Shown here: one piece after another, positions 45,733 through 56,390 of the stretch
How positions within the stretch are numbered: the stretch's first letter is position 1
Layout: the number at the start of each line of letters is the position of its first letter
DNA from: a virus
Taxonomy: Duplodnaviria; Caudoviricetes
DNA length: 64,000 nt
IMG/VR virus record: IMGVR_UViG_3300033070_001371
Span: 32,001 to 96,000 of that record
Direction: 5' to 3' (one strand)
The notes under the pieces: model-generated
Told to the model about the DNA's origin: nothing
Databases searched by the model: none
What the model saw: only the letters and a program-made list of their open reading frames with translations
Position numbers and translations under genes: made by a program

Positions 45733-48700
45733 ATGGCACGGCCCCTCGTTCTGATCTTCCAGGAGCTCGCGTCGCCGCAGGCGACGCCGAACACCCCCGA
45801 CCTCAACACCATCGTCGTGGGTCCGGCCTACGACCTGTTCGACTACCCAGACGACGCGGCGACGATCCTGCTGCCGTCGACGTACGGGCAGCTGGAGGCG
45901 CGCGCCGGTAACGGCACGTATCCCGGCTACCAGCCGCCCGCGACCGGCGCCGACGCCGTCACGGTGCTCGACGGCGGATACCCCGGGCAGAGCGCCGGGT
46001 CGAAGGTCGACCACGCGTCGATCAAGGCGGTGCTCCGCCTGCCGCGCGTCGTGCTCGGCTCGACGTACCTCGGCGCAGGGGTCGCCCCGGTGTTCGGTGG
46101 CGGCGTCACCACGACGACCGCCGACCGCACACTCGTGACGATCACGGGCGGCATCACGACGGACTTCGTCGCGGCAGGCATCCAGCCGGGCGACCGCGTG
46201 ATCCTCACGTCGTCGCAGGCGGGCGTCGAGCAGACGGTCGTGCGCGTCGTGCAGAGCGTCGGCGAACCGAACGGCTCGGGCCTCGTCGCGCCGGGCAACG
46301 AGGGCAAGCTGCGCCTAACGCAGCAGTTGCCAGACTCGGGAGCGGGCCTTGGTCAGTGGACCTACGACGCCAACACCGAGATTCGCGTCGAGCGCACACT
46401 CGCGACCCAAGACCTGCTCGATCCCACCGACTCGATCGTGACTTTCCCCGAGCCCGGCTCCGACAAGCTGGTGATCAAGGGCGGTGTCACGCTGTCGGTG
46501 GCGTTGACGCCGGTCGCAACTGTCGCGGTGCCCGCCCCGGCCACGTCGACGGTAGCGCGCACGCTGTCGTACGCCGAGGTCTACCTCGCGTACCGCGCGC
46601 TGCGCCAGGACCTCCAGGAAGTCGGCTCGGTCACGTCGGACGACATCCGCGTGGTCGGGGGCGTCTCGACGCTGGTCGGCCTGGGCAAGATCGACGCACG
46701 CAACCCGCTGGCTGTCGGTGCGTTCCTCGCGCTCCAGAACGGCGGGACGGTGCCAATCTACTACTTCGGTGTCGCCACTGACGACGCCGCAGGCCACACG
46801 GCTGCGCGTGGCGCGATGTCGAACCGTCGCGATCTGTACTGCTTCGTACCGCTGACGCAAGACCTGAACGTTCACGCAGCGTACAAGGCCGAGTTCGACC
46901 AGATGGCGGACCCGAACTTCGCGCAGACCAACGGCGTGATCCAGAAGTTCCGCATCGTGCTCGGGTCGATCCCGCTCCCGACGACGGAGACGATCTACTC
47001 CGGTTCGATCTCCGGCGTCGCGCAGGCCCCGACCGGAGTCAACACCAACCGCTACCGCACCGTCTCCATCGCCGCCGTCTCGACGGGGTCAATCAGCGTG
47101 CGTGCAGTGCTGCCGGGCGACACCGTGACCTTCGGACTGACTCCGAGCTCCTCGGATTGGCAGAGCCGGCGCGGCACGCACACCGTGAGCCACATCAACA
47201 GCTCGAAAGACTACCCGAACCCGGGTGATCCGAGCGCTTTCGAGGTCGTGCCCGGCTCGTCCCGCTGGGACGACTCGGCAGGCGCCGTCGCAGGCGACAT
47301 CGAGCTGTTGATCCGTGCGCCGGACGGCACCGTCAAGGTGTCGAACCTTTCGCAGGTCGACATCTCCACGGGCGCTGGCGGCACGCTCGGCACAGTGCGC
47401 TACGCGATGAAGAATCCCACGGTGGTCGGAGGCCCGTACACGGTGCTGTACGCGGCGAGCCCTGGCCTGCCCGCTGTGACGGTTACCGTCGCAGGCTTCG
47501 CGATCACTGTGACGGTCGACGGCACGTCCCACACCCACACGCAGGTCGTGAACGCCGTAAACGCCCACCCGGTGGTGTCGTCTCTTCTGCTGGCCTCGGT
47601 CCAGGGAGGCGGAGGAAACATCGTGCTCCCGGATTCGCAGGATAAACGCGATCCCATCAGCGGTCAGACCGGCGCAGCAGCGAACATCGTCGTCGGCGCG
47701 GCCGTGGGCAACATGCGCGTCACTGGCCTCACGGGCATGACAGCGCTGAGCGTCGGGAACTACCTGACGATCAGCGGTGCGGCCTCGGTCGCCAACAATG
47801 GCACGTTCTTGATTGCGGCGTTCAATAACGCCAACTCGGTGGACGTAGTCAACGCGGGCGCCGTCATCCCTGACGCAAACAACGGTGCGCTCGCGTGGAT
47901 CGAGCGGCGCCCGTACACCTCGATCGTGCCGGTCGTCGGGTCGTGCACCGCGACGGTCGCGCTGAACGACGATCTGTACAACCGCCTGGAAGATGGCAGC
48001 GCGACTTTCCTCGCGGCGGGCGTCCTGCCGGGCGACACGATCGAGTTCCCGCTCGACCCGAACAACTACGGGCCGACGGCGTTCGAGGGGCGCGTGCTGT
48101 CCTACAAGGTCAGCACCGTGCAGAACGAGAACCGCCTGCTGATCGCGAACGGCGAAGACGACACCGGCTCGGTCGCGAAGGAGTTGCCGCACTTCTTCGC
48201 GCGCGACCTCCAAGATCGCTACATCGACAACACGACACCCAACGCGCAGAACTACCGCATCCTGCGGGCGCTTTCGCTGGAAGACCAGATCCTCGCACTC
48301 GTGACCATTGCGCAGTCGGTGCGCTCGAAGCGCTTGACTGTGATGTGGCCTGATCAAGTCGAGGTCTCGGACTTGCGCGATGGCGCACTGCCGCGCGCGG
48401 TGCCATCAACGCGAACGCTCGCGGGACTCCAACCGAGCTTCTACCTCGCGTGCGCGGTCGGCGGCGTGATCGCCGGCATCCCGCCCCAGGCAGGTCTCAC
48501 TAACGGCACGTTCATCGGCTTCACCAAGCTGGTGCACGCGCAGGGCTACTTCAGCGAGCCGCAGCTGTCGCGCCTCTCGGACGGCGGCCTGTTCGTCTGC
48601 GTGCAGCGCACGCCGGGCGCTCTGCCCGAGTGCATCCACCAGCTGACGACGGACCCGACGGCCATCGAGGTCGGCGAGCTCTCGGTCGTGAAGAACGTCG

Positions 48701-48972
48701 ACTTCTTGTCGAAGTTCTTCCAGGACATCCTGGAGACCTTCATCGGCCAGTACAACGTGCTACCCGAGACAATCAACGAAATCTCGCGCGCGGTCTCCGA
48801 CGGCGCCGAGCAGCTCAAGGGACGCCGCGTCGCCCGCTTCGGCCCGCCGTTGCTCGAAGGGTCGATCACCTCGATCGGCGTGAGCGAGTTCTCGGCGGAC
48901 CGCATCGAGCTGTTCTTCAACGGCAAGGTGCCGAAGCCCTTGAACACGGTGGCCTTCCACCTCGTGGTGTGA
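45733..48972 (+). CDS. Tail sheath protein with large insertions
   Basis: LGKIDARNPLA, YCFVPL, PSFYLACAVGG..PPQAGLTN, HQLTT, ELSVVKNVDF, PLNTV at the C-terminus. Confidence 0.8.
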   Translation: MARPLVLIFQELASPQATPNTPDLNTIVVGPAYDLFDYPDDAATILLPSTYGQLEARAGNGTYPGYQPPATGADAVTVLDGGYPGQSAGSKVDHASIKAVLRLPRVVLGSTYLGAGVAPVFGGGVTTTTADRTLVTITGGITTDFVAAGIQPGDRVILTSSQAGVEQTVVRVVQSVGEPNGSGLVAPGNEGKLRLTQQLPDSGAGLGQWTYDANTEIRVERTLATQDLLDPTDSIVTFPEPGSDKLVIKGGVTLSVALTPVATVAVPAPATSTVARTLSYAEVYLAYRALRQDLQEVGSVTSDDIRVVGGVSTLVGLGKIDARNPLAVGAFLALQNGGTVPIYYFGVATDDAAGHTAARGAMSNRRDLYCFVPLTQDLNVHAAYKAEFDQMADPNFAQTNGVIQKFRIVLGSIPLPTTETIYSGSISGVAQAPTGVNTNRYRTVSIAAVSTGSISVRAVLPGDTVTFGLTPSSSDWQSRRGTHTVSHINSSKDYPNPGDPSAFEVVPGSSRWDDSAGAVAGDIELLIRAPDGTVKVSNLSQVDISTGAGGTLGTVRYAMKNPTVVGGPYTVLYAASPGLPAVTVTVAGFAITVTVDGTSHTHTQVVNAVNAHPVVSSLLLASVQGGGGNIVLPDSQDKRDPISGQTGAAANIVVGAAVGNMRVTGLTGMTALSVGNYLTISGAASVANNGTFLIAAFNNANSVDVVNAGAVIPDANNGALAWIERRPYTSIVPVVGSCTATVALNDDLYNRLEDGSATFLAAGVLPGDTIEFPLDPNNYGPTAFEGRVLSYKVSTVQNENRLLIANGEDDTGSVAKELPHFFARDLQDRYIDNTTPNAQNYRILRALSLEDQILALVTIAQSVRSKRLTVMWPDQVEVSDLRDGALPRAVPSTRTLAGLQPSFYLACAVGGVIAGIPPQAGLTNGTFIGFTKLVHAQGYFSEPQLSRLSDGGLFVCVQRTPGALPECIHQLTTDPTAIEVGELSVVKNVDFLSKFFQDILETFIGQYNVLPETINEISRAVSDGAEQLKGRRVARFGPPLLEGSITSIGVSEFSADRIELFFNGKVPKPLNTVAFHLVV

Positions 48973-49508
48973 TGATGGACGCGAAGCAGAAGATCGCCTT
49001 CTGGGGCGCCATCGCGCGCATGGGCGGCGGCCTCGCGCGCGGCGCCGGCAACTTCGGCAAGGGGTTGCTCGGCATGGGCGCGCTCTCGTCGGCGGGCAAA
49101 GCCGGCAAGGCGATGAACTTCGCGGGCAAGGCCACGGGCGTGGTCGCGCCCGTGGCCGGCGCCATGAGCGCAGGCCAGGGTGCGTCGTTCATGGGCATGG
49201 GCGGCGCCCCGAAGACCGGCTCGCTCGTGCTCGACCGCGTCGCGACGAAGGTCGCGCGCCTCGGCCCGAGCGACCTCGCCGACATCGCGAGCTACGGCAG
49301 CTTCATCGGCGCCAAGCTCACCGACCCTCACACCCATCCGCGTCTGCACGCCGCGCTCGACGCGGCGGGGCTGCTCGGACTCGGCGCCACCACGGCGCAC
49401 AGTCTCGCGACGAACCCTGCCGACCGCGCCCCGTCGGCGAAAGACCTCATCGGGCTCGCCCTCATGGGCTCGGCCCTCTACGACCGCGCGAAGACGCACG
49501 GGCACTGA
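48972..49508 (+). CDS. Gly/Ala-rich putative virion protein
   Basis: TGATG-coupled; QKIA N-terminus; several hydrophobic glycine-rich helices. Confidence 0.6.
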   Translation: MMDAKQKIAFWGAIARMGGGLARGAGNFGKGLLGMGALSSAGKAGKAMNFAGKATGVVAPVAGAMSAGQGASFMGMGGAPKTGSLVLDRVATKVARLGPSDLADIASYGSFIGAKLTDPHTHPRLHAALDAAGLLGLGATTAHSLATNPADRAPSAKDLIGLALMGSALYDRAKTHGH

Positions 49509-49543
49509 ACCTGGACCCCTATCCTACGGAGTAGAGAGAGCCC

Positions 49544-50329
49544 ATGCCCACGTACCCGATCGGCGTCACCAAGTCCCTCGCCACGTGGTCCCTTCAGCGG
49601 AACCACGTCGAGCGCATCCTCGACAACGCGACGTACGACGCCGCGCACCCGGACGACACGCTGCTGCTCGCCGGTCCGGCGCGTCGTTCCGTCGCCCGCC
49701 CAGAGCGCAACACGCCCCGCACGCTGATGGCGCTCGGGATGTTTACGGCGTTTGGGGTGCAGACCCAGGCGCCCGTCACACCGATGATGTCGATCGGCTC
49801 CGGCCGCTCGTACTTCCTGCGCGGCAAATCGCAGTCGTCGTGGAACGTGCAGCGCGTCATGATCAACGGGCGCAACTTGCTGCGCGCGCTGTATCACAAC
49901 GCGGTCGAAGTCGGCGGGCTCAACCCTGACCAGTTCGACGACCCGGCCGCGTTCGAGGGCGCGCCGAACTCGCAATTCTTCATCAACCTGGACAGCGAGC
50001 TGTTCTACATCCCCTTCGGCATGGCCGTGATCATGCGCACCAAGAGCCGCACGCTCGTCGCGAGCTGCTACCTGGAGCTCTGCATGATCAACTCGTGGGG
50101 CATGCAGATCGGCGCCGGGCAGGCGATGGTCATGGAGCAGGTCTCCGGCTTCTGCGACCGCATCTTGCCCTATCAGGCATCGGACGCAATGGAGGTCCCC
50201 TCCGTCGGTCGCGCACTCATGGACGCGGTGCTCGGCCTCGCGCCCAACGTCTTCCCAACGCCGACGTACAACCGCATGGGCGCGTTCGGCGATACCGGCC
50301 TCGGAGACTCCACCGTCAACGCGCTGTAG
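49544..50329 (+). CDS. Probable tail tube protein
   Basis: Follows the sheath; SIGSGRSYF and CYLELCMI strand pattern. Confidence 0.6.
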   Translation: MPTYPIGVTKSLATWSLQRNHVERILDNATYDAAHPDDTLLLAGPARRSVARPERNTPRTLMALGMFTAFGVQTQAPVTPMMSIGSGRSYFLRGKSQSSWNVQRVMINGRNLLRALYHNAVEVGGLNPDQFDDPAAFEGAPNSQFFINLDSELFYIPFGMAVIMRTKSRTLVASCYLELCMINSWGMQIGAGQAMVMEQVSGFCDRILPYQASDAMEVPSVGRALMDAVLGLAPNVFPTPTYNRMGAFGDTGLGDSTVNAL

Positions 50330-50343
50330 CGTACGCTTCGGGC

Positions 50344-51813
50344 ATGGCAGCCCGTCGCTCTCCCGCCGCCCGGCCCTCCAGCCGCCTCAACTCCCAGCCA
50401 GACCCGCTCATCCCGCAAGGCATGGCCGACCCACGCGGTGCAGGCCCTCTTGCCGGCGCGACCGGCGTAGGCACGCCTCACATCGAGCGCGGCACGATCC
50501 TCAGCTGCGATGCGCGCGGACAGGTCTATCGCGTCGCGCTCAACTCCGGGCGAACGATGCAGATGGGCCGCATCCGCGCCCACCCCGGTGATGCGACACT
50601 GCTGCCTCCGCGCACGATCGTCGTAGTGACGTGGGCGCTTGGGCTGCCGTACATCATGGGCGTACTGCCTCCCGAAGTCGCAGTCGTCGACTCCGAAACG
50701 CCACAATCAGTCACCGACGTGACAGGGCACGGAGGCGACGACCCGATGCTCCAGCGTAACCTCGGGGCCAACTCGCGCGCGCCAAACGAGCCGCGCGACA
50801 TCTTGCCGGGCGACTTCGTCGGCAGGAGCGCCGACGGTGCGTCTGTCGCGGCGCTACACGGCAAAGTGGCGCAGCTACGCGGCGGTCCACTCGCAAAGGT
50901 GCAGACGTTCGGCGAAAGCGACCTCGTGCAGATCGTAACGGGTTTGTACCGCATGGTCTCGTGGATGGGCGAAAGCCGAATCATCAACGAAAACGGCAAG
51001 ACGTCGTTCATCTGGCGCGGCGGTACTGACCAGATCACGCAAACGGGTGCCGACGAGGAGAACTACACGATCCGCCTCGACGTAGGCCACACCGGCGACG
51101 TGGTCAAGCTGGAGGTCACCAACCGCGAAGGGCAAGCGCTGTTTCGCTTCCACGTGAGCGCGACAGGCGCATGCGAGATCTTCGCTGCGGGCGGACTAAA
51201 CCAGCACGGCGGCGGCGCCGAGAAAGACGTGCATCCTGTACGTTTCTACGGGCGACGTGAGACCGAAGTCGAAGGCAGCAGCGACGAACGCGTCAGCGGT
51301 AACGCCACGATGCGCCACGAAGCCAACCTCCAACACGACGTAGGCAACAACGTGACACAGAACGTCGGTGGCTCGCACTCGACGTACGTCACACAAGACC
51401 AGACTGTTCAAGTCGGCGGCAACGCCAGTGAGACCGTCGCCGGTCGGCGGACGGTCATCTCGCGCGGTCGAATGCGGTTCGAGGTGCGCGACCGTCAGCT
51501 TTACGCGGTACAGGCGCTTGGCGGGAATATCGAGTTCACACCCCAAGGCTCAACCTTCAAGGTCATCACGGCACAGCCAGACGCAGTGCAGCTCGGCCCG
51601 GCCGGCAGTCACGCAACGAAGTACGAAGAGCTCAGCACCGCGATGTCCGCGTTCAAAACCCAACTGGACCTCTTGCACGGACTCGTGGCGACACACATTC
51701 ACCCCCCGTCTGGACCCACGTTCACCGCACCGTCACCGACCCTCGCGCCACTGGCCAACCCCCTGACGCTGGACCTGTCTTCCGCGCGCTGCACCACGAC
51801 GAAGGTCGGCTGA
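50344..51813 (+). CDS. Baseplate central spike (gp5/gpV/VgrG-like)
   Basis: OB-fold-like N-terminus, V-G-G-N beta-helix repeats, terminal H-I-H motif as in iron-tipped spikes. Confidence 0.7.
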   Translation: MAARRSPAARPSSRLNSQPDPLIPQGMADPRGAGPLAGATGVGTPHIERGTILSCDARGQVYRVALNSGRTMQMGRIRAHPGDATLLPPRTIVVVTWALGLPYIMGVLPPEVAVVDSETPQSVTDVTGHGGDDPMLQRNLGANSRAPNEPRDILPGDFVGRSADGASVAALHGKVAQLRGGPLAKVQTFGESDLVQIVTGLYRMVSWMGESRIINENGKTSFIWRGGTDQITQTGADEENYTIRLDVGHTGDVVKLEVTNREGQALFRFHVSATGACEIFAAGGLNQHGGGAEKDVHPVRFYGRRETEVEGSSDERVSGNATMRHEANLQHDVGNNVTQNVGGSHSTYVTQDQTVQVGGNASETVAGRRTVISRGRMRFEVRDRQLYAVQALGGNIEFTPQGSTFKVITAQPDAVQLGPAGSHATKYEELSTAMSAFKTQLDLLHGLVATHIHPPSGPTFTAPSPTLAPLANPLTLDLSSARCTTTKVG

Positions 51814-51861
51814 CTATAATCTCCGCGCCGGCTCTACTAACAGGGCCGCCAGGAGCTCACC

Positions 51862-53142
51862 ATGTACGCAGAGATTACCGTCATCGCCAACGCGCCCTCC
51901 GTCGCGCAAGACGTGCTCGGGTTGGAAGCATCGACGCCCGAAGCCCAGTTCACGCGGTTGTCCGTCGACGGCGGCGACACCGTCATCGTGCGCTGCTCTG
52001 GCGCAGTCTGGGACCGTCTTCGTCCGCAGCTGCGCAAGCTGACGCAGATGCGCATCCCCGCGTTGGACACCAACGGCGCGGTGATCCCAAACCACACGCG
52101 CCCGGCGATCTCTCACACGATGGAGTGGGTGCCCGGCGACCGTCCACGCATCCATCAAGTCGAAGGCTCGGTCTCGGTGGCCGGCGGCGCTGCGCTCACA
52201 GTGCGCGGCGAGAACCTGATCCCCGGACTCAAGGCCACGCTCAACATCTACCGCGAGCGTGTGAACCTCGGCTCGTTCGGCGCGGCGGGAAAGACGCCGC
52301 TGTACAACAAGCCTGAGCTGCTGCTGACGTTCACGGCGGTCCAGAAGGGCCCCGGCGGCAACAACATCGGCGTGCTGATCGCAGCAGCCTCCGGCGCTGG
52401 TTCAGTGTCCGTCGAGGAGTACGCCGACGGCAAGGTCCTCATCACCATCGTGCCAGCAGCTGGCGCGTCGGACACCACGTCGATCGCGGCACAGGTCGCA
52501 GGCTCGGCGCTCGCGTCGGTCTGGATCAGCGCGACGGCGGTCATCGCGGCACAGCAAGTCGCGCCGTTCGCGAACAAGCAGGCCGTCGTTGGCCCGAACG
52601 CAGTGCCGCAGCGTCCGTTCCGCTTCCTCGCGGGCGGCGACGGCACGGGTTCGGCGTTCGCCGACCTCCTGGTGTCGGGCACAGACCCGACCAACCGCCT
52701 TCGCCTCCAAGCGCAGCGCGCGGGCAACCAAGGCAATCTCATCAACGTGACGATCCGCATGAGCCAAGGCGCTGCGGTCGTGACCACGACGGGCAACAGC
52801 ATCGTCGTCGACTTCACGCAGGCCAACCGCACGCTCGCCCAAGTCGCTGCCGCAATCAACGGTGACGCGGCGGCATCGGCGCTCGTGCGCGCAACGGCTG
52901 TGGGCGCAGGCAACCTCGTGGACGTGGCTCGCACCTACCTCGCGTGCGGAGCGGGCGAGCAGGCCGTGGCTCAGATCGGCGGCGCTCCGGCCGCGATCAC
53001 GCTGCACACCGACACGGATCTGGTGGCGACGGCGACGGCCGGTGCTCTGGGAACGGCTGGCGTGGTGGCCGGCGAAGTGGCGGGCTTGAACCTGCTGCTC
53101 GACTACAAGGTACTCACCGCGTCGCTCGTCGCGGTCGCCTGA
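51862..53142 (+). CDS. Virion structural protein with two sheath-like beta domains
   Basis: AGGAG RBS; FTAVQKGPGGNNI and LQAQRAGNQGNLI repeats. Confidence 0.65.
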   Translation: MYAEITVIANAPSVAQDVLGLEASTPEAQFTRLSVDGGDTVIVRCSGAVWDRLRPQLRKLTQMRIPALDTNGAVIPNHTRPAISHTMEWVPGDRPRIHQVEGSVSVAGGAALTVRGENLIPGLKATLNIYRERVNLGSFGAAGKTPLYNKPELLLTFTAVQKGPGGNNIGVLIAAASGAGSVSVEEYADGKVLITIVPAAGASDTTSIAAQVAGSALASVWISATAVIAAQQVAPFANKQAVVGPNAVPQRPFRFLAGGDGTGSAFADLLVSGTDPTNRLRLQAQRAGNQGNLINVTIRMSQGAAVVTTTGNSIVVDFTQANRTLAQVAAAINGDAAASALVRATAVGAGNLVDVARTYLACGAGEQAVAQIGGAPAAITLHTDTDLVATATAGALGTAGVVAGEVAGLNLLLDYKVLTASLVAVA

Positions 53143-53153
53143 TCCCGGCGGCG

Positions 53154-54107
53154 TCAGCGCAGCTTGACGCTACTCTTCCCGCTCTTCTCGTGCTTCTTGC
53201 CGCTCTCTGGGCCCTTCGTGGCGTCCGTCGTCGCGGCAGGCGCTTCGGGAGGCAGCGACTCGTTCTCGGCGGGCTGCGTCGACACGGTGAGATCATCGCT
53301 CACCGCGACGTCGTCTGCGTCGTCGATGAACTCGACTTTCGTCTCGCCAGATTCGCCGGGAGTCTCGCTGCGGTCGCGCAACTGCGCCGCGTCTGCGTGG
53401 AGCTTCTCGCCCTCCTCGGTTGACATCGGGTGTTCGTCGAGTGCGTGGATGTCCACGTCGCTGTCGACGAGAGGCTCCAACGCCCCCATCTGCCCTCCGC
53501 CCGCAAGCACTGAATTCTTCTGGCGCTGCGCAGCCACGTCAGTGCGCATCTCGCCGATCTCTTCGTCCGACATCACGGGTTCGTGCTTCTCGCGCTCGAT
53601 CTCCGCCTCGACAGCCGCGCGCTGAACCTCCTGCGCAGCGCGCTCGGCGCGGGTCTGAGGCTTCGCATCGGAAACGCGTGCGGCCTCCAACGCCGCACGC
53701 GTCACGTCCTCCCGGCGCTGCACAGTCGCAGAGTGCGGCGCATTGGGATTCGGCACAGTCGCCGGGTGCGGAGGCGTGAGCGGGTTAGCGCGCGCACCCT
53801 CGACACCCGCGCGCGTGCGATCCTGGGGCTTGAGCACGGTGGCCGGGTGCGGCGCGGCGTTCTGGCGCACGGGCGGCGCGTCCGACGGCGCGGCGGGCAC
53901 GCGCAGCGTCGCGACCACGTCGTGCTCGTCGTCGGTCTCGATCTTGGTGAGCCGGAGGTGTGCGACGTACTGCTTGCCGTTCATCATCACCCTCAGCGCA
54001 TGGTGCGTCTGGCCAGGGAGGAAGCTGACGTCCATGTACATACCCGTCGCCGGGTCCGTGATGCTGATGACGGTGCCGGACGTACCGGCGATCTCACTGT
54101 GACGCAT
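53154..54107 (-). CDS. Hypothetical protein with an acidic low-complexity C-terminus
   Basis: Start MRHSEI after AAGGAG; PHPATV-like repeats. Confidence 0.65.
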   Translation of the reverse strand: MRHSEIAGTSGTVISITDPATGMYMDVSFLPGQTHHALRVMMNGKQYVAHLRLTKIETDDEHDVVATLRVPAAPSDAPPVRQNAAPHPATVLKPQDRTRAGVEGARANPLTPPHPATVPNPNAPHSATVQRREDVTRAALEAARVSDAKPQTRAERAAQEVQRAAVEAEIEREKHEPVMSDEEIGEMRTDVAAQRQKNSVLAGGGQMGALEPLVDSDVDIHALDEHPMSTEEGEKLHADAAQLRDRSETPGESGETKVEFIDDADDVAVSDDLTVSTQPAENESLPPEAPAATTDATKGPESGKKHEKSGKSSVKLR

Positions 54108-54123
54108 GTGATAGACTCCTTGT

Positions 54124-54348
54124 GTGACGTGGACTAAACAACCGAAACTCGTGGCGCGGGCGCACGATGTGGGGCAGCTCCTGAGCACCCTACTGCGTAT
54201 CCAGACACTGGACAAGCTCGCCAATGCGCAGCGTTTGCTCGCGACGCAAACCCCCTTGAAGGAACCAACCAATGCCGTGGCGGAGCCTCAACCTGACCCT
54301 TCCACCCGTCGTGCAGACGATTACACAGACGCTCGGGACGGGTCTTGA
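54124..54348 (+). CDS. Possible small hypothetical protein
   Basis: Fills the gap, but has no clear RBS and overlaps the next gene. Confidence 0.3.
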   Translation: MTWTKQPKLVARAHDVGQLLSTLLRIQTLDKLANAQRLLATQTPLKEPTNAVAEPQPDPSTRRADDYTDARDGS

Positions 54349-56056
54349 CGCCGTAAAGAACGCGCTGACCCTCGTACAGACGCAGGCGCGCGCCACGCAA
54401 GCCCTCGTTCAAACCGAGGAAGGCGACCGCGTACGTCTCGTCAACGCGGCAATCCAAGCTGCCGTCGCGACGATCACGACGTTCGTGAACGAGCTGCTCG
54501 ACACCACGGGCGTCTACGTCCTAGTCGTACCGCTGCCGAAGAAGGGCCTCGTCGCGCTGGCGAGCCGCCCGAACAACCCCGACGAGCCCGGCTCAAACTT
54601 CGTGCAAGTGCCGCAACAGAACCTGCTCAACGGGCTGCCAGCGGCCGACGCGGCGCGCGTACGACAAAGTCCGTCGTTCGCACAGATCTTCAACCCCGAC
54701 GACCTGTTTCTCGGCGGCAATGCCTACTTCGTCAAGACGATCGCCGAAGCGCTCTACGACCCAGGCGACCGCAATCGTCCAAAGTTCGATGCCGCAAGCT
54801 ACTGGACCTACTCGATGCTCGTCGCGGGCGCGACGGACGTGACGAGCCTGCTGAGCGCTGCGACGTTCTTCGACCGGCTGTTCTCGACGACACGCAGCGC
54901 GAACCGCGTGAGCGCGAGCCGGGGCGTCTCGGACTTCGTGCCGCGCGGCCTGCGCGTCGGACCTTCGGGGCGCGGCTACTTCCCGGTGCTGGAGTGGGAG
55001 CGCGTGCCGCAGTCGGTCGCGCTGTTGAGCTACGACGGCGCGCGCGTAGTGCCGACCGAGTACGCAATCATCCGCTCGACAGACTTCCGTGCAAAGACCG
55101 CCACGACGATCAATGAACTATTCGACGACGTAAACCTGCGCGAAGGGCAGACCGGGCGTTTCGGCGCCCGCGTGCTCAAAGTCGCGCCGTACGACGGCGT
55201 GCTCAACCGCTTCATCGACGCGAGCGAGCAAGTCGCCAACCATCCGTACTTCTATCACGTCGCGTTCAAGTCACGGACTGAGGCGCCCGCATCGAGCGAC
55301 GGCACCGCACCCTCGACGCCGCCCAATCGACCGAGTGGCTCGCCTCGTACCGAAGCTACGACAGCGGTCAACAATCCATACCACTTGCTTTCATCCTGCG
55401 CCGAATGGCGCCGACCCGCTTCACGCTCACAGCTAACAGACGCACGCATGGGTGTCGCCCCGGACTGGGCTCGCACCCCGTCAGTTGCGACGATGTTTCC
55501 AGGCCTGGAACGCCTGCTCGACCGCACGCTCGAAAACTTGTCGTCCCTCAACACAGTGTCGAGCAACCTCAACGAGCGCAACAACGCGTACCTCGACATG
55601 CTTGGTCGCGAAGTTGACCGCCTATCGCGCCAGATCGCTGAGATCAACGGATACCTGTCGCAGCTCCAAGCAATCTTCGCCACGCCTGACGCCGACGTAT
55701 TCTCGACGCTTCGCCAAGGGCGCGGCGGCGTCGGCTCGTTTCTTTCGGACGTAGTATTGACGATCGACGACACGAGCGACCCCAACCGCCCGTCGTTCGA
55801 CACCGGAGACGAGTACGTTACCGGCGTCGTGTTGTTGTGTGTCGGACCGGACCCTGCACCGATTGCGGCGGCATTCGCGATGCTGTCAGGCCTTTTCGGC
55901 TCACCAGCATCGAACGACGCACTCGCCGGCATCGACTCGATCCAAACAACTCTCGCGCAAGCAGAAGCCACGATCGCCGCACAGCTCGACTCCGTCGCGT
56001 TCGGCCCGGACATGCAACCTCGACCGCCCGGCGAACCTGATGCAAGCTGCACATAG
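54272..56056 (+). CDS. Putative tail/baseplate-associated protein
   Basis: AAGGA RBS; coiled-coil segments plus an FnIII-like beta region. Confidence 0.6.
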   Translation: MPWRSLNLTLPPVVQTITQTLGTGLDAVKNALTLVQTQARATQALVQTEEGDRVRLVNAAIQAAVATITTFVNELLDTTGVYVLVVPLPKKGLVALASRPNNPDEPGSNFVQVPQQNLLNGLPAADAARVRQSPSFAQIFNPDDLFLGGNAYFVKTIAEALYDPGDRNRPKFDAASYWTYSMLVAGATDVTSLLSAATFFDRLFSTTRSANRVSASRGVSDFVPRGLRVGPSGRGYFPVLEWERVPQSVALLSYDGARVVPTEYAIIRSTDFRAKTATTINELFDDVNLREGQTGRFGARVLKVAPYDGVLNRFIDASEQVANHPYFYHVAFKSRTEAPASSDGTAPSTPPNRPSGSPRTEATTAVNNPYHLLSSCAEWRRPASRSQLTDARMGVAPDWARTPSVATMFPGLERLLDRTLENLSSLNTVSSNLNERNNAYLDMLGREVDRLSRQIAEINGYLSQLQAIFATPDADVFSTLRQGRGGVGSFLSDVVLTIDDTSDPNRPSFDTGDEYVTGVVLLCVGPDPAPIAAAFAMLSGLFGSPASNDALAGIDSIQTTLAQAEATIAAQLDSVAFGPDMQPRPPGEPDASCT

Positions 56057-56063
56057 GTAAGCG

Positions 56064-56390
56064 ATGCCAACCTACGACTACATGTGCAAAAACGATCATC
56101 ACGTCGAGCACTTTTGCTCGATCTCGGCCAAGCCCGAAACGCTGCCGTGCCCCGAGTGCCCTGAGCCCATGAAGCCTGTGATCCTCACGGCCCCTCACCA
56201 GTGGAAGAACCTGTACGTACTGGACTTCCCAGGGTCGAAGGCCCTCAAGGCGGGCTACGTGCACTCCCATGGCGACCCAGGCGTGCGTCGCGTGAGCTCC
56301 GGCGCAGGCGGAATGCTCAATCCGAAGGCGGCGCCGCTACATCCCCTGGCGAACAATGTGATCCCGGACCCCCCGAAGCGGTCTGGATAA
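56064..56390 (+). CDS. FmdB-family zinc-ribbon protein
   Basis: MPTYDYMC..H..E..CPEC. Confidence 0.75.
   Translation: MPTYDYMCKNDHHVEHFCSISAKPETLPCPECPEPMKPVILTAPHQWKNLYVLDFPGSKALKAGYVHSHGDPGVRRVSSGAGGMLNPKAAPLHPLANNVIPDPPKRSG

Noticed and set aside
45733-53142. Extracellular contractile injection system or T6SS
   Set aside because: Terminase, portal, capsid and replication genes are present, so a phage tail is the simpler reading.
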